NCBI GenBank assembly: GCA_022561875.1
Contig: JADFQJ010000007.1
Location: 3,482-67,481, forward strand
DNA: 64,000 nucleotides
Direction: 5' to 3'
DNA from: Bacteroidota bacterium
GTDB taxonomy: Bacteria > Bacteroidota > Bacteroidia > Bacteroidales > VadinHA17
Within the stretch, counting starts at the first letter, position 1, and each line of letters begins with the position of its first letter. The position numbers and the translations under genes are program-made. Below, piece after piece: positions 38,860 through 49,007 of this stretch. Below the pieces are notes generated by a model. The model did not search any database, was not told where the DNA came from, and saw only the letters and a list, made by a program, of their open reading frames with translations.

Positions 38860-40026
38860 CTACAGTAGTTTATTTATTTCATTCATTACTTCGTGCAGCG
38901 AGATATTGTGTTTTCGGGCAATTTCTTTGCAGTCGTCGTATTCAGGTTTGCTATGAATCTTCGCTCCGTTCAGCCATGATGATTTTATTCTTACTTTCCC
39001 CCACTTAGTATCGATATCTGAAAACTTCCTTTCAAGGCTTGTTTTATTTACTTCATAATCTCTTATTCCAATTGATGTAGTTTCAGTAAGAAGCGTTTTT
39101 TTAATTACTTTAAGATCTCTTGTTCTGCATAATACATTGATCTTTATTCCGGGTCTGCTTTTTTTCATAAGAATAGAGGTAAGAAACACGTCTACAGCTC
39201 CGGCTTCATATAATTTTTCGATAACATGTTCATAATACTCAGGATTCATATCATCGATATTGCACTCGATCATATGATTTGTATAACCCTTTTCAGGCAG
39301 AGCGGATTCCTCCATCAATTCACCCAGGTAAACCCTCAGCAGATTTGGGATCTTTCCCTTTTTATGGCCCACCCCGTAACCTGTCTTACGGATATTGATA
39401 AAGGGTTTATCCGTAAATTCATTTACAGTGGCTGCAATGATTGCTGCTCCCGTAGGGGTGGTTGCTTCAAAATCTACGGTTCCCATCCTAACAGGTATCC
39501 CCTTTAGTATTTCTGCAGTTGCAGGTGCGGGAACAGGTAATGTGCCATGTGAACATTTAACAAAACCACCACCAACTTCAATGCCGGAGGCAATTATTTT
39601 ATCGGGTTTGAAATAATTCATCGCTATGGCTGCCCCCACAATATCAACAATTGAATCAACAGCGCCTACTTCATGGAAATGGACCTTTTCAACTGGCGTA
39701 TTATGGACTTTTGCTTCTGCAATGGCAATTTTTCTGAAGATAAGCAGGCTTAATTCCTTAATTTCATCATTAAGGGTGCTTGACCTGATTATATTCTCAA
39801 TGTCAGACATATGGCGGTGAACATCGGTCTTTCCCATAATAACATCTACTTTTGTCCCGAAAATTCCATGTCTGTGATCCCTGGTTATCTGTAATTCATA
39901 TTTGTCAACATCTAATCTGTCCAGTTCATTTTTGAGATATTCAGGATCAAGGCCAAGGTCAATCATGGCACCCAGGTTCATATCTCCGCTTATTCCTGCA
40001 AAGCAATCGTAATACAGTATCTTCAT
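38860..40026 (-). CDS. larC: nickel insertion protein LarC (DUF111)
   Basis: 388 aa. N-terminal YYDCFAGISGDMNLGAMIDLG, HFHEVGAVDSIVDIVG, C-terminal nickel-binding-domain-like region. Confidence 0.88.
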   Translation of the reverse strand: MKILYYDCFAGISGDMNLGAMIDLGLDPEYLKNELDRLDVDKYELQITRDHRHGIFGTKVDVIMGKTDVHRHMSDIENIIRSSTLNDEIKELSLLIFRKIAIAEAKVHNTPVEKVHFHEVGAVDSIVDIVGAAIAMNYFKPDKIIASGIEVGGGFVKCSHGTLPVPAPATAEILKGIPVRMGTVDFEATTPTGAAIIAATVNEFTDKPFINIRKTGYGVGHKKGKIPNLLRVYLGELMEESALPEKGYTNHMIECNIDDMNPEYYEHVIEKLYEAGAVDVFLTSILMKKSRPGIKINVLCRTRDLKVIKKTLLTETTSIGIRDYEVNKTSLERKFSDIDTKWGKVRIKSSWLNGAKIHSKPEYDDCKEIARKHNISLHEVMNEINKLL

Positions 40027-40180
40027 AGTTTTAAGTTAATTATAAAGAGATATGGGTACAACCAACAAATCCATCTCTTAATTAATATTTTTTTTAATGT
40101 ACTTTGTTATATTAAAAATCTAAATAACAAAAATAATGCATATTTTTATCAAATTTTTTACAAATTAAAACTTCGAGATC

Positions 40181-41104
40181 ATGAAAAGAAGAGAGTTTTT
40201 CAGAAAGTCGATGGGTGCCGGAGTGGCTGCTGGTGCGGCTTTAACTTTCGGGTCAATTGACAACTTATTTGGAAGAGCGCCTTTGCCATATTCGCCGGCT
40301 GACCTTGTTGCAGTGAAAGGAGGAAGTCCTGGTCAGATGTTCGATCTGGGTATTGAAGCTTTGGGAGGGATTGAGAAGTTTGTAAAACCAAACCAGACAG
40401 TTGTAGTGAAGCCAAATATTGGATGGGACAGAAGCCCTGAGCAAGGTGCAAATACCAATCCTCTGCTTGTGAAAAGAATAGTTGAACATTGCATTAAGGC
40501 AGGTGCTAAAAAGGTGTTGGTATTTGATCATACCTGTGATGTCTGGACGAAAACATATAAGAATTCAGGAATTGAAAAAGCTGTTAAAGATGCGGGCGGA
40601 AAGATTGTTCCGGGAAATACCGCAGGATATTATCATGCGGTAAATATTCCAAAAGGTGTAAAGCTTACTTCAGCAAGGGTGCATGAATTGATTCTTGAAT
40701 CAGATGTATTCATTAACGTTCCGGTTTTAAAACATCATAGTTCATCCCGGCTTACAGCTTCGATGAAAAACCTTATGGGTATTGTGTGGGACCGGCGTTT
40801 TTGGCATCGAAATGATCTTCAACAGTGTATTGCTGATTTTGCCACATATGAGCGTAAACCAGATCTGAATGTTATAGATGCTTATAATGTTATGATGAGA
40901 AATGGCCCGCAGGGTGTTTCTGTTTCAGATGTTGTTAATATGAAAACACAGATACTTACCACCGATATGGTTGCTGCTGATGCTGCTGCAGCTAAGTTTT
41001 TCGGAAGCAATCCTTCAGATGTACCCCATATTCGCAAGGCTAATGAAATGGGTGTTGGTGAAATGGATCTCGAAAAACTATCTATAAAAAGAATAATGAT
41101 CTGA
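40181..41104 (+). CDS. Tat-exported DUF362-domain protein
   Basis: 307 aa. Twin-arginine leader MKRREFFRKSMGAGVAAGAAL, DUF362-like core (VVKPNIGW..., VPVLKHH). Confidence 0.75.
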   Translation: MKRREFFRKSMGAGVAAGAALTFGSIDNLFGRAPLPYSPADLVAVKGGSPGQMFDLGIEALGGIEKFVKPNQTVVVKPNIGWDRSPEQGANTNPLLVKRIVEHCIKAGAKKVLVFDHTCDVWTKTYKNSGIEKAVKDAGGKIVPGNTAGYYHAVNIPKGVKLTSARVHELILESDVFINVPVLKHHSSSRLTASMKNLMGIVWDRRFWHRNDLQQCIADFATYERKPDLNVIDAYNVMMRNGPQGVSVSDVVNMKTQILTTDMVAADAAAAKFFGSNPSDVPHIRKANEMGVGEMDLEKLSIKRIMI

Positions 41105-41109
41105 TTTTC

Positions 41110-42723
41110 ATGAAATACACTTCTCTTAAGAAACTAAGGATTGTCATTTCGCTTTTATTTTTTGTTTTGATAACCCTGGTTTTTATTGATTACCGGAATA
41201 TTTTACCCGAAAAATTTGCCAGGGGAGTACTGTACCTGCAATTCATCCCTTCTTTGATTAAGTTTATAAATGTATTATCCATTTCAGTAGTTGGATTTAT
41301 AGTTGTTCTGATACTCACTCTTTTATTTGGCAGAGTATATTGCTCATCGATCTGCCCGCTTGGAGTTTTTATGGATATTGTTTCATTTATTTCGCGGAAA
41401 CTGAAAAAAAAGAAACGGTTCAGGTACAAAGAGCCACATAACCTGCTCAGATATTTTTTACTGACTGTAACTATTATTTTTTTCGTTTCAGGTAGCATAT
41501 ATTTCATTCTGTTACTTGATCCGTATAGTAATTTTGGCCGCATAATAACCTATTTCGCAGAGCCGGTTGTGATCCTGGTAAACAACGATGTAGCAGGTCT
41601 TCTGGAAAATCTTAATGTTTACACAATTTTCCCCGTAGAAGTCAGAACTATGAGGTTTGAATTGTGGATATATCCCGTGTTGTTCCTTATCCTGGTAACA
41701 TGGATGTCTTTTATTGACGGAAGATTATTTTGTAATACTATATGTCCTGTGGGAACTCTGCTTGGACTGCTCTCAAGATTTTCCCTGTTCAAAATACGGT
41801 TTGATGAGGAGAATTGTACATTATGTGGTCATTGTACGCGTGTATGTAAATCAGACTGCCTGGATTTTAAAACACAAATGGTAGATTATTCCAGATGTGT
41901 GGAATGTTTCAATTGTTTACCTGTATGTCCTTCGGATGCTATTAAATACACTCATAAGAAAACAGGAGATCATAATACCGGTGATACAATGATAAAAGTC
42001 AACAGTCTGCAAACCGATTACGATAAAAATAAAAGAAAACTTATAGCCCTTTTATTATCAGTTTTAGCAGGAGGGACATTAAGTAGTTTTGGACAGAATA
42101 CAGATGAAGAATATAAGGATTCAACTGTACCGGAAGAGAAGGAATTTCCTGTATCACCACCGGGTTCGCTTAGTATCAGAAACTTTACTCATAATTGCAC
42201 TGCCTGTGCCTTATGTGTCAGCGCTTGTCCCTCAAACGTATTACTACCTTCGTTCAAGGAATACGGACTTACAGGCATGATGCAGCCGCATATGGATTAC
42301 CATGCCGGATATTGTAATTACGAATGTATCAGGTGTAGCGAGGTATGTCCTACAGGTGCTATACTTCCTGTGCCGGAGGAGGAAAAAAAACGGATTCAGA
42401 CGGGAATAGCAAAGTTCGTAAAAGATAATTGTATTGTCCATACTGAAAAAACTGACTGTGGAGCATGCTCAGAACATTGTCCCACCAAAGCCGTAAAAAT
42501 GGTGCCTTACGAAGGTGATTTGTTAACTCCTTATGAAGGTGATTTGTTAATCCCTGAAGTAACAGATGACATTTGTGTTGGTTGTGGCGCATGCGAATTT
42601 GCATGCCCAACAACACCGTATAAAGCAATTTATATCGATGGGAATTTAATACATGAAATAGCAAAAGAACCTGAGGAAAAGGAGCTTGAGAAACCTGTGG
42701 GGGAGGAGGAGTTTCCTTTTTAG
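41110..42723 (+). CDS. membrane-bound polyferredoxin (NapH/MauN-like N-terminus plus multiple 4Fe-4S motifs)
   Basis: 537 aa. TM helices with CSSICPLG and CNTICPVG motifs, and six CxxCxxCxxxCP-type clusters. Starts 5 nt after the DUF362 gene. Confidence 0.8.
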   Translation: MKYTSLKKLRIVISLLFFVLITLVFIDYRNILPEKFARGVLYLQFIPSLIKFINVLSISVVGFIVVLILTLLFGRVYCSSICPLGVFMDIVSFISRKLKKKKRFRYKEPHNLLRYFLLTVTIIFFVSGSIYFILLLDPYSNFGRIITYFAEPVVILVNNDVAGLLENLNVYTIFPVEVRTMRFELWIYPVLFLILVTWMSFIDGRLFCNTICPVGTLLGLLSRFSLFKIRFDEENCTLCGHCTRVCKSDCLDFKTQMVDYSRCVECFNCLPVCPSDAIKYTHKKTGDHNTGDTMIKVNSLQTDYDKNKRKLIALLLSVLAGGTLSSFGQNTDEEYKDSTVPEEKEFPVSPPGSLSIRNFTHNCTACALCVSACPSNVLLPSFKEYGLTGMMQPHMDYHAGYCNYECIRCSEVCPTGAILPVPEEEKKRIQTGIAKFVKDNCIVHTEKTDCGACSEHCPTKAVKMVPYEGDLLTPYEGDLLIPEVTDDICVGCGACEFACPTTPYKAIYIDGNLIHEIAKEPEEKELEKPVGEEEFPF

Positions 42724-42727
42724 TAAA

Positions 42728-44110
42728 TCACCTGATAATTTTAAACAATCTGTACCATCTAATCTTGCCAAGAAACTTCTTATCCTTATCAAGTGATAAC
42801 CAAATAATTACCGGCCTTCCAACTATATGGTCTTCGGGTACAAATCCCCAGAACCTGGAGTCGGCGGAATTATGCCGGTTGTCACCCATCAGCCAGTAGT
42901 AATCCATTTTAAAAGTATATTCACTGGCAGGATTTCCATTAATAAGAATTTGATCTTTGTTTACTTCCAGATCATTTCCTTCATACGCATCAATAATCCT
43001 TTCGTACAGAGGGAGTGTTTTAAGTGTTAACTGCACTGTGGTACCTTTAGCCGGTATGGTAAGGGGTCCGAAATTGTCCTCATTCCAGGGATACATGGGA
43101 TCATGCGGGAAAATATATTTAGCATATTCCCCCGGTTCTTTCAGGATTTTTTGTAAAGATTTAACATTACTGAACTCCTTCAGTTTGTCGGCATTATTCT
43201 TTGTCAGTGGTAAAATATATAAATTAGCAGAGAATGAATGGCGGTCGGACAGAGCAATATCAAGACGGTCGAAGGCTTTGGGGTTTATTCTTGAAGTGGT
43301 ATTGACCATGTAATTTAATTGCTGATATTCAAATGGACCCTGTTCATTTCCATTAATAATCAGTTTCCCTTCTTTGATCTCTAAAATATCGCCCGGAATT
43401 CCAACACATCTTTTAATATAGTTATCTCTCCGGTCAACCGGACGGTAAACAATAGTTTTATTTTCCAGAATCTTCTGCCTGGCCCGGTTCCAGTAATAAT
43501 CGTCCTGCCTGGTTGAATCATGCTGGCTTTTTTCAAGTTCTTTTAATCCTGAAGCTTCAGACCTGATGATAGAATAATAACTTTGTGCCTGGTTTTCAAT
43601 TACAACAGTATCGCCGGCAGGGAAATTGAATACAACAATATCATTATTTTTAATTTTACTGAAACCGGCAAGACGCTTGTATGGCCATTTAATCCATTCA
43701 AGGTACGATTTAGACTTTACTAAAGGAAGGGTATGCTGGGTAAAAGGGAAGGAGAGGGGGGTGTTGGGCAGGCGTGGGCCATAACTCAATTTACTTACGA
43801 ACAGATGGTCGCCAATAAGCAGTGATTTTTCCATCGATCCTGTAGGTATCCTGAAATTTTGGAAAAAGAATATGTTAATAAGAGTTACAGCAATTATCGC
43901 AAATATCAGGGCATCAAGCCATTCAATAAAGGCGCTGTTTTCCTCGTTCCTTTTTTTCCAGAACGCCCAGTTTACTTTTTTTGTAACGTAAATGTCGAAT
44001 ATTATTCCAAGTCCGATAAGCAACCAAAAGTTACCAACCCAAATCACCCAAAGAATGTAAAATATCGCAGCTATGCCAAATTTGAAATAATTATTTTTCA
44101 GAATATTCAT
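42728..44110 (-). CDS. lepB: signal peptidase I (long Bacteroidota form)
   Basis: 460 aa. TM anchors, catalytic PTGSMEKSL box, GDNRHNSADSRFWGFVP box. Confidence 0.9.
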   Translation of the reverse strand: MNILKNNYFKFGIAAIFYILWVIWVGNFWLLIGLGIIFDIYVTKKVNWAFWKKRNEENSAFIEWLDALIFAIIAVTLINIFFFQNFRIPTGSMEKSLLIGDHLFVSKLSYGPRLPNTPLSFPFTQHTLPLVKSKSYLEWIKWPYKRLAGFSKIKNNDIVVFNFPAGDTVVIENQAQSYYSIIRSEASGLKELEKSQHDSTRQDDYYWNRARQKILENKTIVYRPVDRRDNYIKRCVGIPGDILEIKEGKLIINGNEQGPFEYQQLNYMVNTTSRINPKAFDRLDIALSDRHSFSANLYILPLTKNNADKLKEFSNVKSLQKILKEPGEYAKYIFPHDPMYPWNEDNFGPLTIPAKGTTVQLTLKTLPLYERIIDAYEGNDLEVNKDQILINGNPASEYTFKMDYYWLMGDNRHNSADSRFWGFVPEDHIVGRPVIIWLSLDKDKKFLGKIRWYRLFKIIR

Positions 44111-44379
44111 ATATCATAATTTTTATCTGGCAAATGTAATATTTAACCTGAAGAATTCATAACTTTTAGAATACAGAACAGAGACAAATAGTTTGGGAGT
44201 TTATAAGTTTATGAGTTTAGGAGTTAAAAAATTGTGATGCAGTGTTGCAGTGAAGAAGGCTGTTATTAAGTAGTAGTCATTACCTTCAAGCATCAAGTTT
44301 AATCCTTCAAAGAGGTCTAAGGTTTCCAGTTGAAGGTTATTTTCATCCTTCAACAATCATCCTTCATCCTTCAGAAGGG

Positions 44380-45096
44380 TTAAATACCCAGAACATCTTT
44401 CATTTCATAAACCCCTTTCTTATTTCTTATAAACTCTGCTGCTATAATTGCCCCGTGAGCAAATCCTTCCCGGCTATTTGCCTCATGTTTCAGTTCAATA
44501 CAATCGACAAGGGAATTATATCTAATAATATGAGTGCCAGGCACAGTGTCTTTTCTTTCAGAAAGTATACTGATTGTATGTTTGTTTGCAGTTTGTTCAT
44601 TTTCCCACTCCTTTTTTCTCTCCATGTTTTTTATAATACTGTCAGCCAGTATAATTGCTGTGCCACTGGGGGAGTCAAGTTTTGTGGTATGATGTATCTC
44701 ATTTATTTCAACGTCATATTGCCCGAAATTATCCATGATATTTGCAAGCGTAGCATTGAGATAAAACAAAATGTTGACACCTACGCTGAAATTTGAAGCG
44801 TACAGAAAAGATCCGTTCGTCTTTTTACAGAAATCAGCTGCTTCATTGTACTTTGCCAGCCACCCGGTAGTACCTGATACTACAGGTGTTTTTGCTTTTA
44901 AGCATTTCATGATATTTCCGAATGCAGCCGAAGGCCGGGTGAATTCGATGGCCACATCAATCTTCTGCAGATTATCGTCATTAAGTTCTTCCGTGTTATT
45001 CTTATCGATAATAAAACCTGTTGAGTGGCCCCTTTTTTGAGCGGATTTTTCAATTTCCCGTCCCATTTTCCCATATCCGATTATTCCTATATGCAT
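44380..45096 (-). CDS. dapB: 4-hydroxy-tetrahydrodipicolinate reductase
   Basis: 238 aa. N-terminal GYGKMG Rossmann motif, EIHHTTKLDSPSGTA substrate-binding motif. Confidence 0.9.
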   Translation of the reverse strand: MHIGIIGYGKMGREIEKSAQKRGHSTGFIIDKNNTEELNDDNLQKIDVAIEFTRPSAAFGNIMKCLKAKTPVVSGTTGWLAKYNEAADFCKKTNGSFLYASNFSVGVNILFYLNATLANIMDNFGQYDVEINEIHHTTKLDSPSGTAIILADSIIKNMERKKEWENEQTANKHTISILSERKDTVPGTHIIRYNSLVDCIELKHEANSREGFAHGAIIAAEFIRNKKGVYEMKDVLGI

Positions 45097-45216
45097 GATC
45101 TGTGGCTTTATTAGTGTATTAGAATATTAATGTTTATGGCTTGATAGTGTCAAATTTCATTATACTTCGCATTTTTTAAATCAATTTGCGAAGCTATGTT
45201 TTTAATTATATAAAGA

Positions 45217-45247
45217 TAAAAAAAATGGGAAGTCTTGCTGACTTCCC
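45217..45247 (-). terminator. rho-independent terminator after rplT
   Basis: On the minus strand: GGGAAGTC agcaa GACTTCCC followed by ATTTTTTTT. Confidence 0.8.
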
Positions 45248-45275
45248 ATAACATACTAAGTAGGATGCAAATGAT

Positions 45276-45629
45276 TTATTTCACATCTTTCACTTTATTT
45301 ACAACTGCTTCAAAAGCTTTTGGATGATTCATTGCAAGATCGGCAAGTACTTTGCGGTTAAGCAATATTCCTTTTTTATTGATCTTTCCTAAGAATTCGG
45401 AATAGGACATATCATATTGGCGTACAGCAGCATTAATTCGCTGTATCCAAAGTGATCTGAAATTCCTTTTCTTCTTTTTCCTGTCATAATAGGCATACTG
45501 AAGACCTTTTTCCATGGCATTCCTGGCAACAGAGTAAACATTTTTTCTGCGTCCAAACTGCCCTTTGGTCTGTTTTAATACTTTTTTTCTTCTTTTTTTT
45601 GAGGCTACCTGGTTTGTTGCTCTTGGCAT
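45276..45629 (-). CDS. rplT: 50S ribosomal protein L20
   Basis: 117 aa, [23 protein letters not shown]... typical of L20. Confidence 0.97.
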   Translation of the reverse strand: MPRATNQVASKKRRKKVLKQTKGQFGRRKNVYSVARNAMEKGLQYAYYDRKKKKRNFRSLWIQRINAAVRQYDMSYSEFLGKINKKGILLNRKVLADLAMNHPKAFEAVVNKVKDVK

Positions 45630-45735
45630 AGCTTTTAATTTTTAAATGGTTAGCGGTCTGTTGAAGACTCTTTACGGCTAATTCATTCTGTTTATAAATA
45701 ATGATAATTTAACGCTCTTACGGTGGGAGTCATTC

Positions 45736-45933
45736 CTATTTCATTCCTAATAACAGCTTGATATTTTTCTCGTCTGCGTGGTGAACTTCACCAAAATAAC
45801 CAAGATTCCTTTTTCTTTTTTTGTGTTTCTTGGTTAGATTATGACTTTTAAAGGCATGTTTCCTCTTTATTTTTCCCGATCCGGTTATTGAAAATCTCTT
45901 TTTTGCACCCGGATTTGTCTTCATCTTAGGCAT
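45736..45933 (-). CDS. rpmI: 50S ribosomal protein L35
   Basis: 65 aa, [14 protein letters not shown]... typical of L35. Confidence 0.97.
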   Translation of the reverse strand: MPKMKTNPGAKKRFSITGSGKIKRKHAFKSHNLTKKHKKRKRNLGYFGEVHHADEKNIKLLLGMK

Positions 45934-45964
45934 TTTTATATGCTTTTTATGTTATTGATTAATA

Positions 45965-46531
45965 TTAGTTCTTTTTTCTCTGAGTTTTTGGCGAAATGAA
46001 TATTGTCATTCTTTTTCCTTCAAGCTTTGGCAATTGTTCAATAGTTCCCACTTCCTCTAGATCTTGTGCTAACCGAAGAAGAAGGATCTCACCTTTTTCT
46101 TTAAATAGTATCGAGCGACCTTTGAAAAAAACAAATGCTTTGACTTTAGAGCCATCTTTGAGGAACTTTTCAGCATGCTTCAGTTTAAAGTTGTAATCAT
46201 GATCATCCGTATTGGGGCCAAACCGCAATTCCTTAACAACCACTTTGATCGTTTTGGCTTTGATGGCCTTTTGTTTTTTTTTCAACTGATAAAGAAACTT
46301 CTGATAATCAAGTATTTTGCACACTGGCGGATCTTCATGAGATGAAATCTCAACAAGATCAAGGTTCAATTCATCAGCCATTTTCAGGGCTTCTTCAATA
46401 GAATAAATACTTTCCCCTTCATCAATATTATCGCCAACAACTCTTACTGTTCCCGCTCTGATGTGTTCATTTATCCGGTGTTGAGGCTGATTTTTTCTTT
46501 TTGATCCTCTTTGAAAATAAGGTCTGGCTAT
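45965..46531 (-). CDS. infC: translation initiation factor IF-3, probable non-AUG (ATA) start
   Basis: The track ORF begins at Met 46381. The frame stays open upstream to a stop at 46547-46549 and encodes the conserved IF-3 N-domain ([17 protein letters not shown]...). The only near-cognate start in that interval is ATA at 46531-46529. Confidence 0.85.
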   Translation of the reverse strand: MARPYFQRGSKRKNQPQHRINEHIRAGTVRVVGDNIDEGESIYSIEEALKMADELNLDLVEISSHEDPPVCKILDYQKFLYQLKKKQKAIKAKTIKVVVKELRFGPNTDDHDYNFKLKHAEKFLKDGSKVKAFVFFKGRSILFKEKGEILLLRLAQDLEEVGTIEQLPKLEGKRMTIFISPKTQRKKN

Positions 46532-46560
46532 AGCTGAACCCTCCTTTTATTAATTTATAA

Positions 46561-48492
46561 TTAATTAATTTTTACTTTCTCAGTGATAAATTCAGCGAAT
46601 TCCTTTAATTTCATATTCCCCTGGTCCCCTTCACCTTGTTTTCTCACTGATACTGTTTCTTTATTCATTTCTTTCTCACCTACAATAAGCAGATAAGGGA
46701 TACGCTTTAATTCGTTATCCCTTATTTTCTTGCCAATCTTTTCATTACGGTCGTCAACCAGGGTGCGAATATCGTAATTATTTAGGAAATTAAAAACTTT
46801 TTTCGCGTAATCATTGAATTTTTCACTGATTGGCAGAATGACAACCTGGTCTGGAGTTAACCAGAGAGGAAATTTCCCTTTTGTATGTTCAATAAGTAGC
46901 GCTATAAAGCGTTCCATTGAACCAAAAGGAGCTCTGTGGATCATAACAGGTCTGTGCTTTTTATCATCAGCGCCTATATATTCCAGGTCAAATCTTTCAG
47001 GTAGATTATAGTCAACCTGAATTGTGCCAAGCTGCCATTCTCTTCCGATAACATCGTTAACCATGAAATCAAGTTTGGGGCCGTAAAATGCTGCTTCACC
47101 CTTAACTATTTTTGCATTAAGTCTTTTGTCCTCACATGCTTCGAGAATTGCCTTTTCAGCTTTTTCCCAATTTTCATCGCTCCCGATATATTTCTTTTTG
47201 TCCTCAGGATCCCGTAATGAAATTTGTGTAGTAAAGTTATGAAAGTCCAATGCGTTGAAAATACGAAAGACAATATCAATTACTTTGATAAACTCCTCCT
47301 TCAATTGGTCGGGACGGCAAAATATATGTGCATCGTCCTGTGTAAATCCACGCACTCTTGTTAATCCATGCAATTCGCCACTCTGCTCATAGCGGTACAC
47401 AGTTCCAAACTCAGCGTATCTGATCGGAAGGTCCTTATATGAGTGTGGTTTAGCCAAGTAAATTTCACAATGATGCGGGCAGTTCATTGGCTTAAGCAGG
47501 AATTCCTCTTTTTTATCCGGAGTATGAATGGGTTGAAACGAATCTTTTCCATACTTGTCATAATGCCCTGAAATGACGTAAAGTTCTTTTAGGCCAATAT
47601 GAGGAGTGATAACCGGTTCGTATCCGTATTCCACCTGTACTTTCTTCAGGAAATTCTCTAATCTTTCTCTTAACTTAGCTCCATTTGGCAACCATAACGG
47701 AAGTCCCTGGCCAACCCTGGGGCTGAAAGTAAACAGTTCAAGTTCCCTGCCAATCTTACGGTGATCCCTCTTTTTTGCTTCTTCAAGCATCTCGAGGTGA
47801 TCATCAAGCAATTTCTTTTTTGGAAATGAAACTCCGTATATCCTGGTTAGCTGTTTTCTGTTCTCATCACCTCTCCAGTAGGCTCCTGCAATACTCAGCA
47901 ATTTTATCGCTTTAATGGATTCCGTAGAAGGCAGATGTGGTCCCCTGCAAAGATCAGTGAAGTTTCCATGTGTATATAAAGTGATTTTATTATCATCCAG
48001 TTCTCCGATCAATTCCTGCTTATATTCATCTCCCTTTTTTGTATATCTTTCCAGCGCTTCCTTCTTGCTGGTTTCCTTTTTTGTGAATTTATTTTTTTGC
48101 CTGGCCAGTTCAATCATTTTCTGTTCGATCTTTGGCAGATCTTTTTCAGCAATAACAGTATCCCCGGGTGGATCAACATCGTAATAAAATCCTTGTTTGA
48201 TCGCCGGACCAATACCGAATTTTATCCCGGGATACAGAGTTTCAAGCGCTTCAGCCATCAAATGTGCTGATGAATGCCAAAAAGCATGCCTGCCTTCAGG
48301 ATTATCCCACTTGTTGAGCATTATTGCTGCATCATCGTTGATAGGACTGGTCAAATCCCGGATATCCTCATTAACAGTTATTGAAAATACTTCCTTTGCA
48401 AGCCCGGGACTTATGCTTTTTGCAATCTCGATGCCCGTAATACCTTCAGGAAATTTTTTTACAGACTTATCAGGAAATGTAATTTTTATCAT
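46561..48492 (-). CDS. thrS: threonyl-tRNA synthetase
   Basis: 643 aa. TGS domain, editing-domain HSSAHLMA motif, class II catalytic core, anticodon-binding domain. Confidence 0.96.
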   Translation of the reverse strand: MIKITFPDKSVKKFPEGITGIEIAKSISPGLAKEVFSITVNEDIRDLTSPINDDAAIMLNKWDNPEGRHAFWHSSAHLMAEALETLYPGIKFGIGPAIKQGFYYDVDPPGDTVIAEKDLPKIEQKMIELARQKNKFTKKETSKKEALERYTKKGDEYKQELIGELDDNKITLYTHGNFTDLCRGPHLPSTESIKAIKLLSIAGAYWRGDENRKQLTRIYGVSFPKKKLLDDHLEMLEEAKKRDHRKIGRELELFTFSPRVGQGLPLWLPNGAKLRERLENFLKKVQVEYGYEPVITPHIGLKELYVISGHYDKYGKDSFQPIHTPDKKEEFLLKPMNCPHHCEIYLAKPHSYKDLPIRYAEFGTVYRYEQSGELHGLTRVRGFTQDDAHIFCRPDQLKEEFIKVIDIVFRIFNALDFHNFTTQISLRDPEDKKKYIGSDENWEKAEKAILEACEDKRLNAKIVKGEAAFYGPKLDFMVNDVIGREWQLGTIQVDYNLPERFDLEYIGADDKKHRPVMIHRAPFGSMERFIALLIEHTKGKFPLWLTPDQVVILPISEKFNDYAKKVFNFLNNYDIRTLVDDRNEKIGKKIRDNELKRIPYLLIVGEKEMNKETVSVRKQGEGDQGNMKLKEFAEFITEKVKIN

Positions 48493-48540
48493 ATACTCTG
48501 CTTTTTTGCTTTTGCTGAAACAGTTTGCAAAGGTAATATA

Positions 48541-48609
48541 AAATGACCAAAATGACTAAAATTGTAAATGACTAAAATGACTAAAATGACTAAAATTATA
48601 AATGACTCA
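48541..48609. repeat. 9-nt-period array AAATGACTA (about 7 units, imperfect)
   Basis: Read directly. A related word set occurs at 29345-29400. Confidence 0.85.
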
Positions 48610-49007
48610 GTTTTAACCGGATTTTAAAGGGTGCAAAAGGATTTTGCGAGCGCACCCTGACCAGAGTATCATGGGGAGTGAAGCGACTCTTGCCCTCCGT
48701 AACACAGTGAAGGTGGGACGCAAACTCCCAAAAACAATCAGAATGCCAATATAAAATGGACTGTCATGAGCTTTACGAAAAGCCATTAAAGATTACTTCA
48801 CTTCATTCGCAATATTTCGTGTACTTATTATGCTTTAACCAGTAACCAGTAATTTCACTAAATTGCTTGTGATCCCTGATTTTATAAGTAAAAGACTGTC
48901 AGAGTATTATGATGTATTACCAAAGGGCTCAGATAAAAAAGTTATAATACATACAGATTGGCATCAAATTTGAATTTTAATAAACAGAACCCATTAAATC
49001 AAGAGTT

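Noticed and set aside
38631-39008. 125-aa and 94-aa ORFs in the larC-larB spacer, and the similar 63-aa ORF at 2344-2535
   Set aside because: They are translations of heptamer and vocabulary repeats (Leu/Ser/Phe-rich). They overlap the 3' ends of real genes on the opposite strand.
45097-45275. Bacteroidales-1 RNA motif (reported downstream of L20 genes)
   Set aside because: I see the rplT terminator and a second hairpin (CTTCGCA...TGCGAAG near 45185-45215 on the minus strand), but I cannot recall the motif consensus well enough to call it.
48613-48740. T-box leader for thrS
   Set aside because: The GAAGGTGGGACGC segment only loosely resembles the T-box consensus, is on the wrong strand for thrS, and T-boxes are not expected in Bacteroidota.
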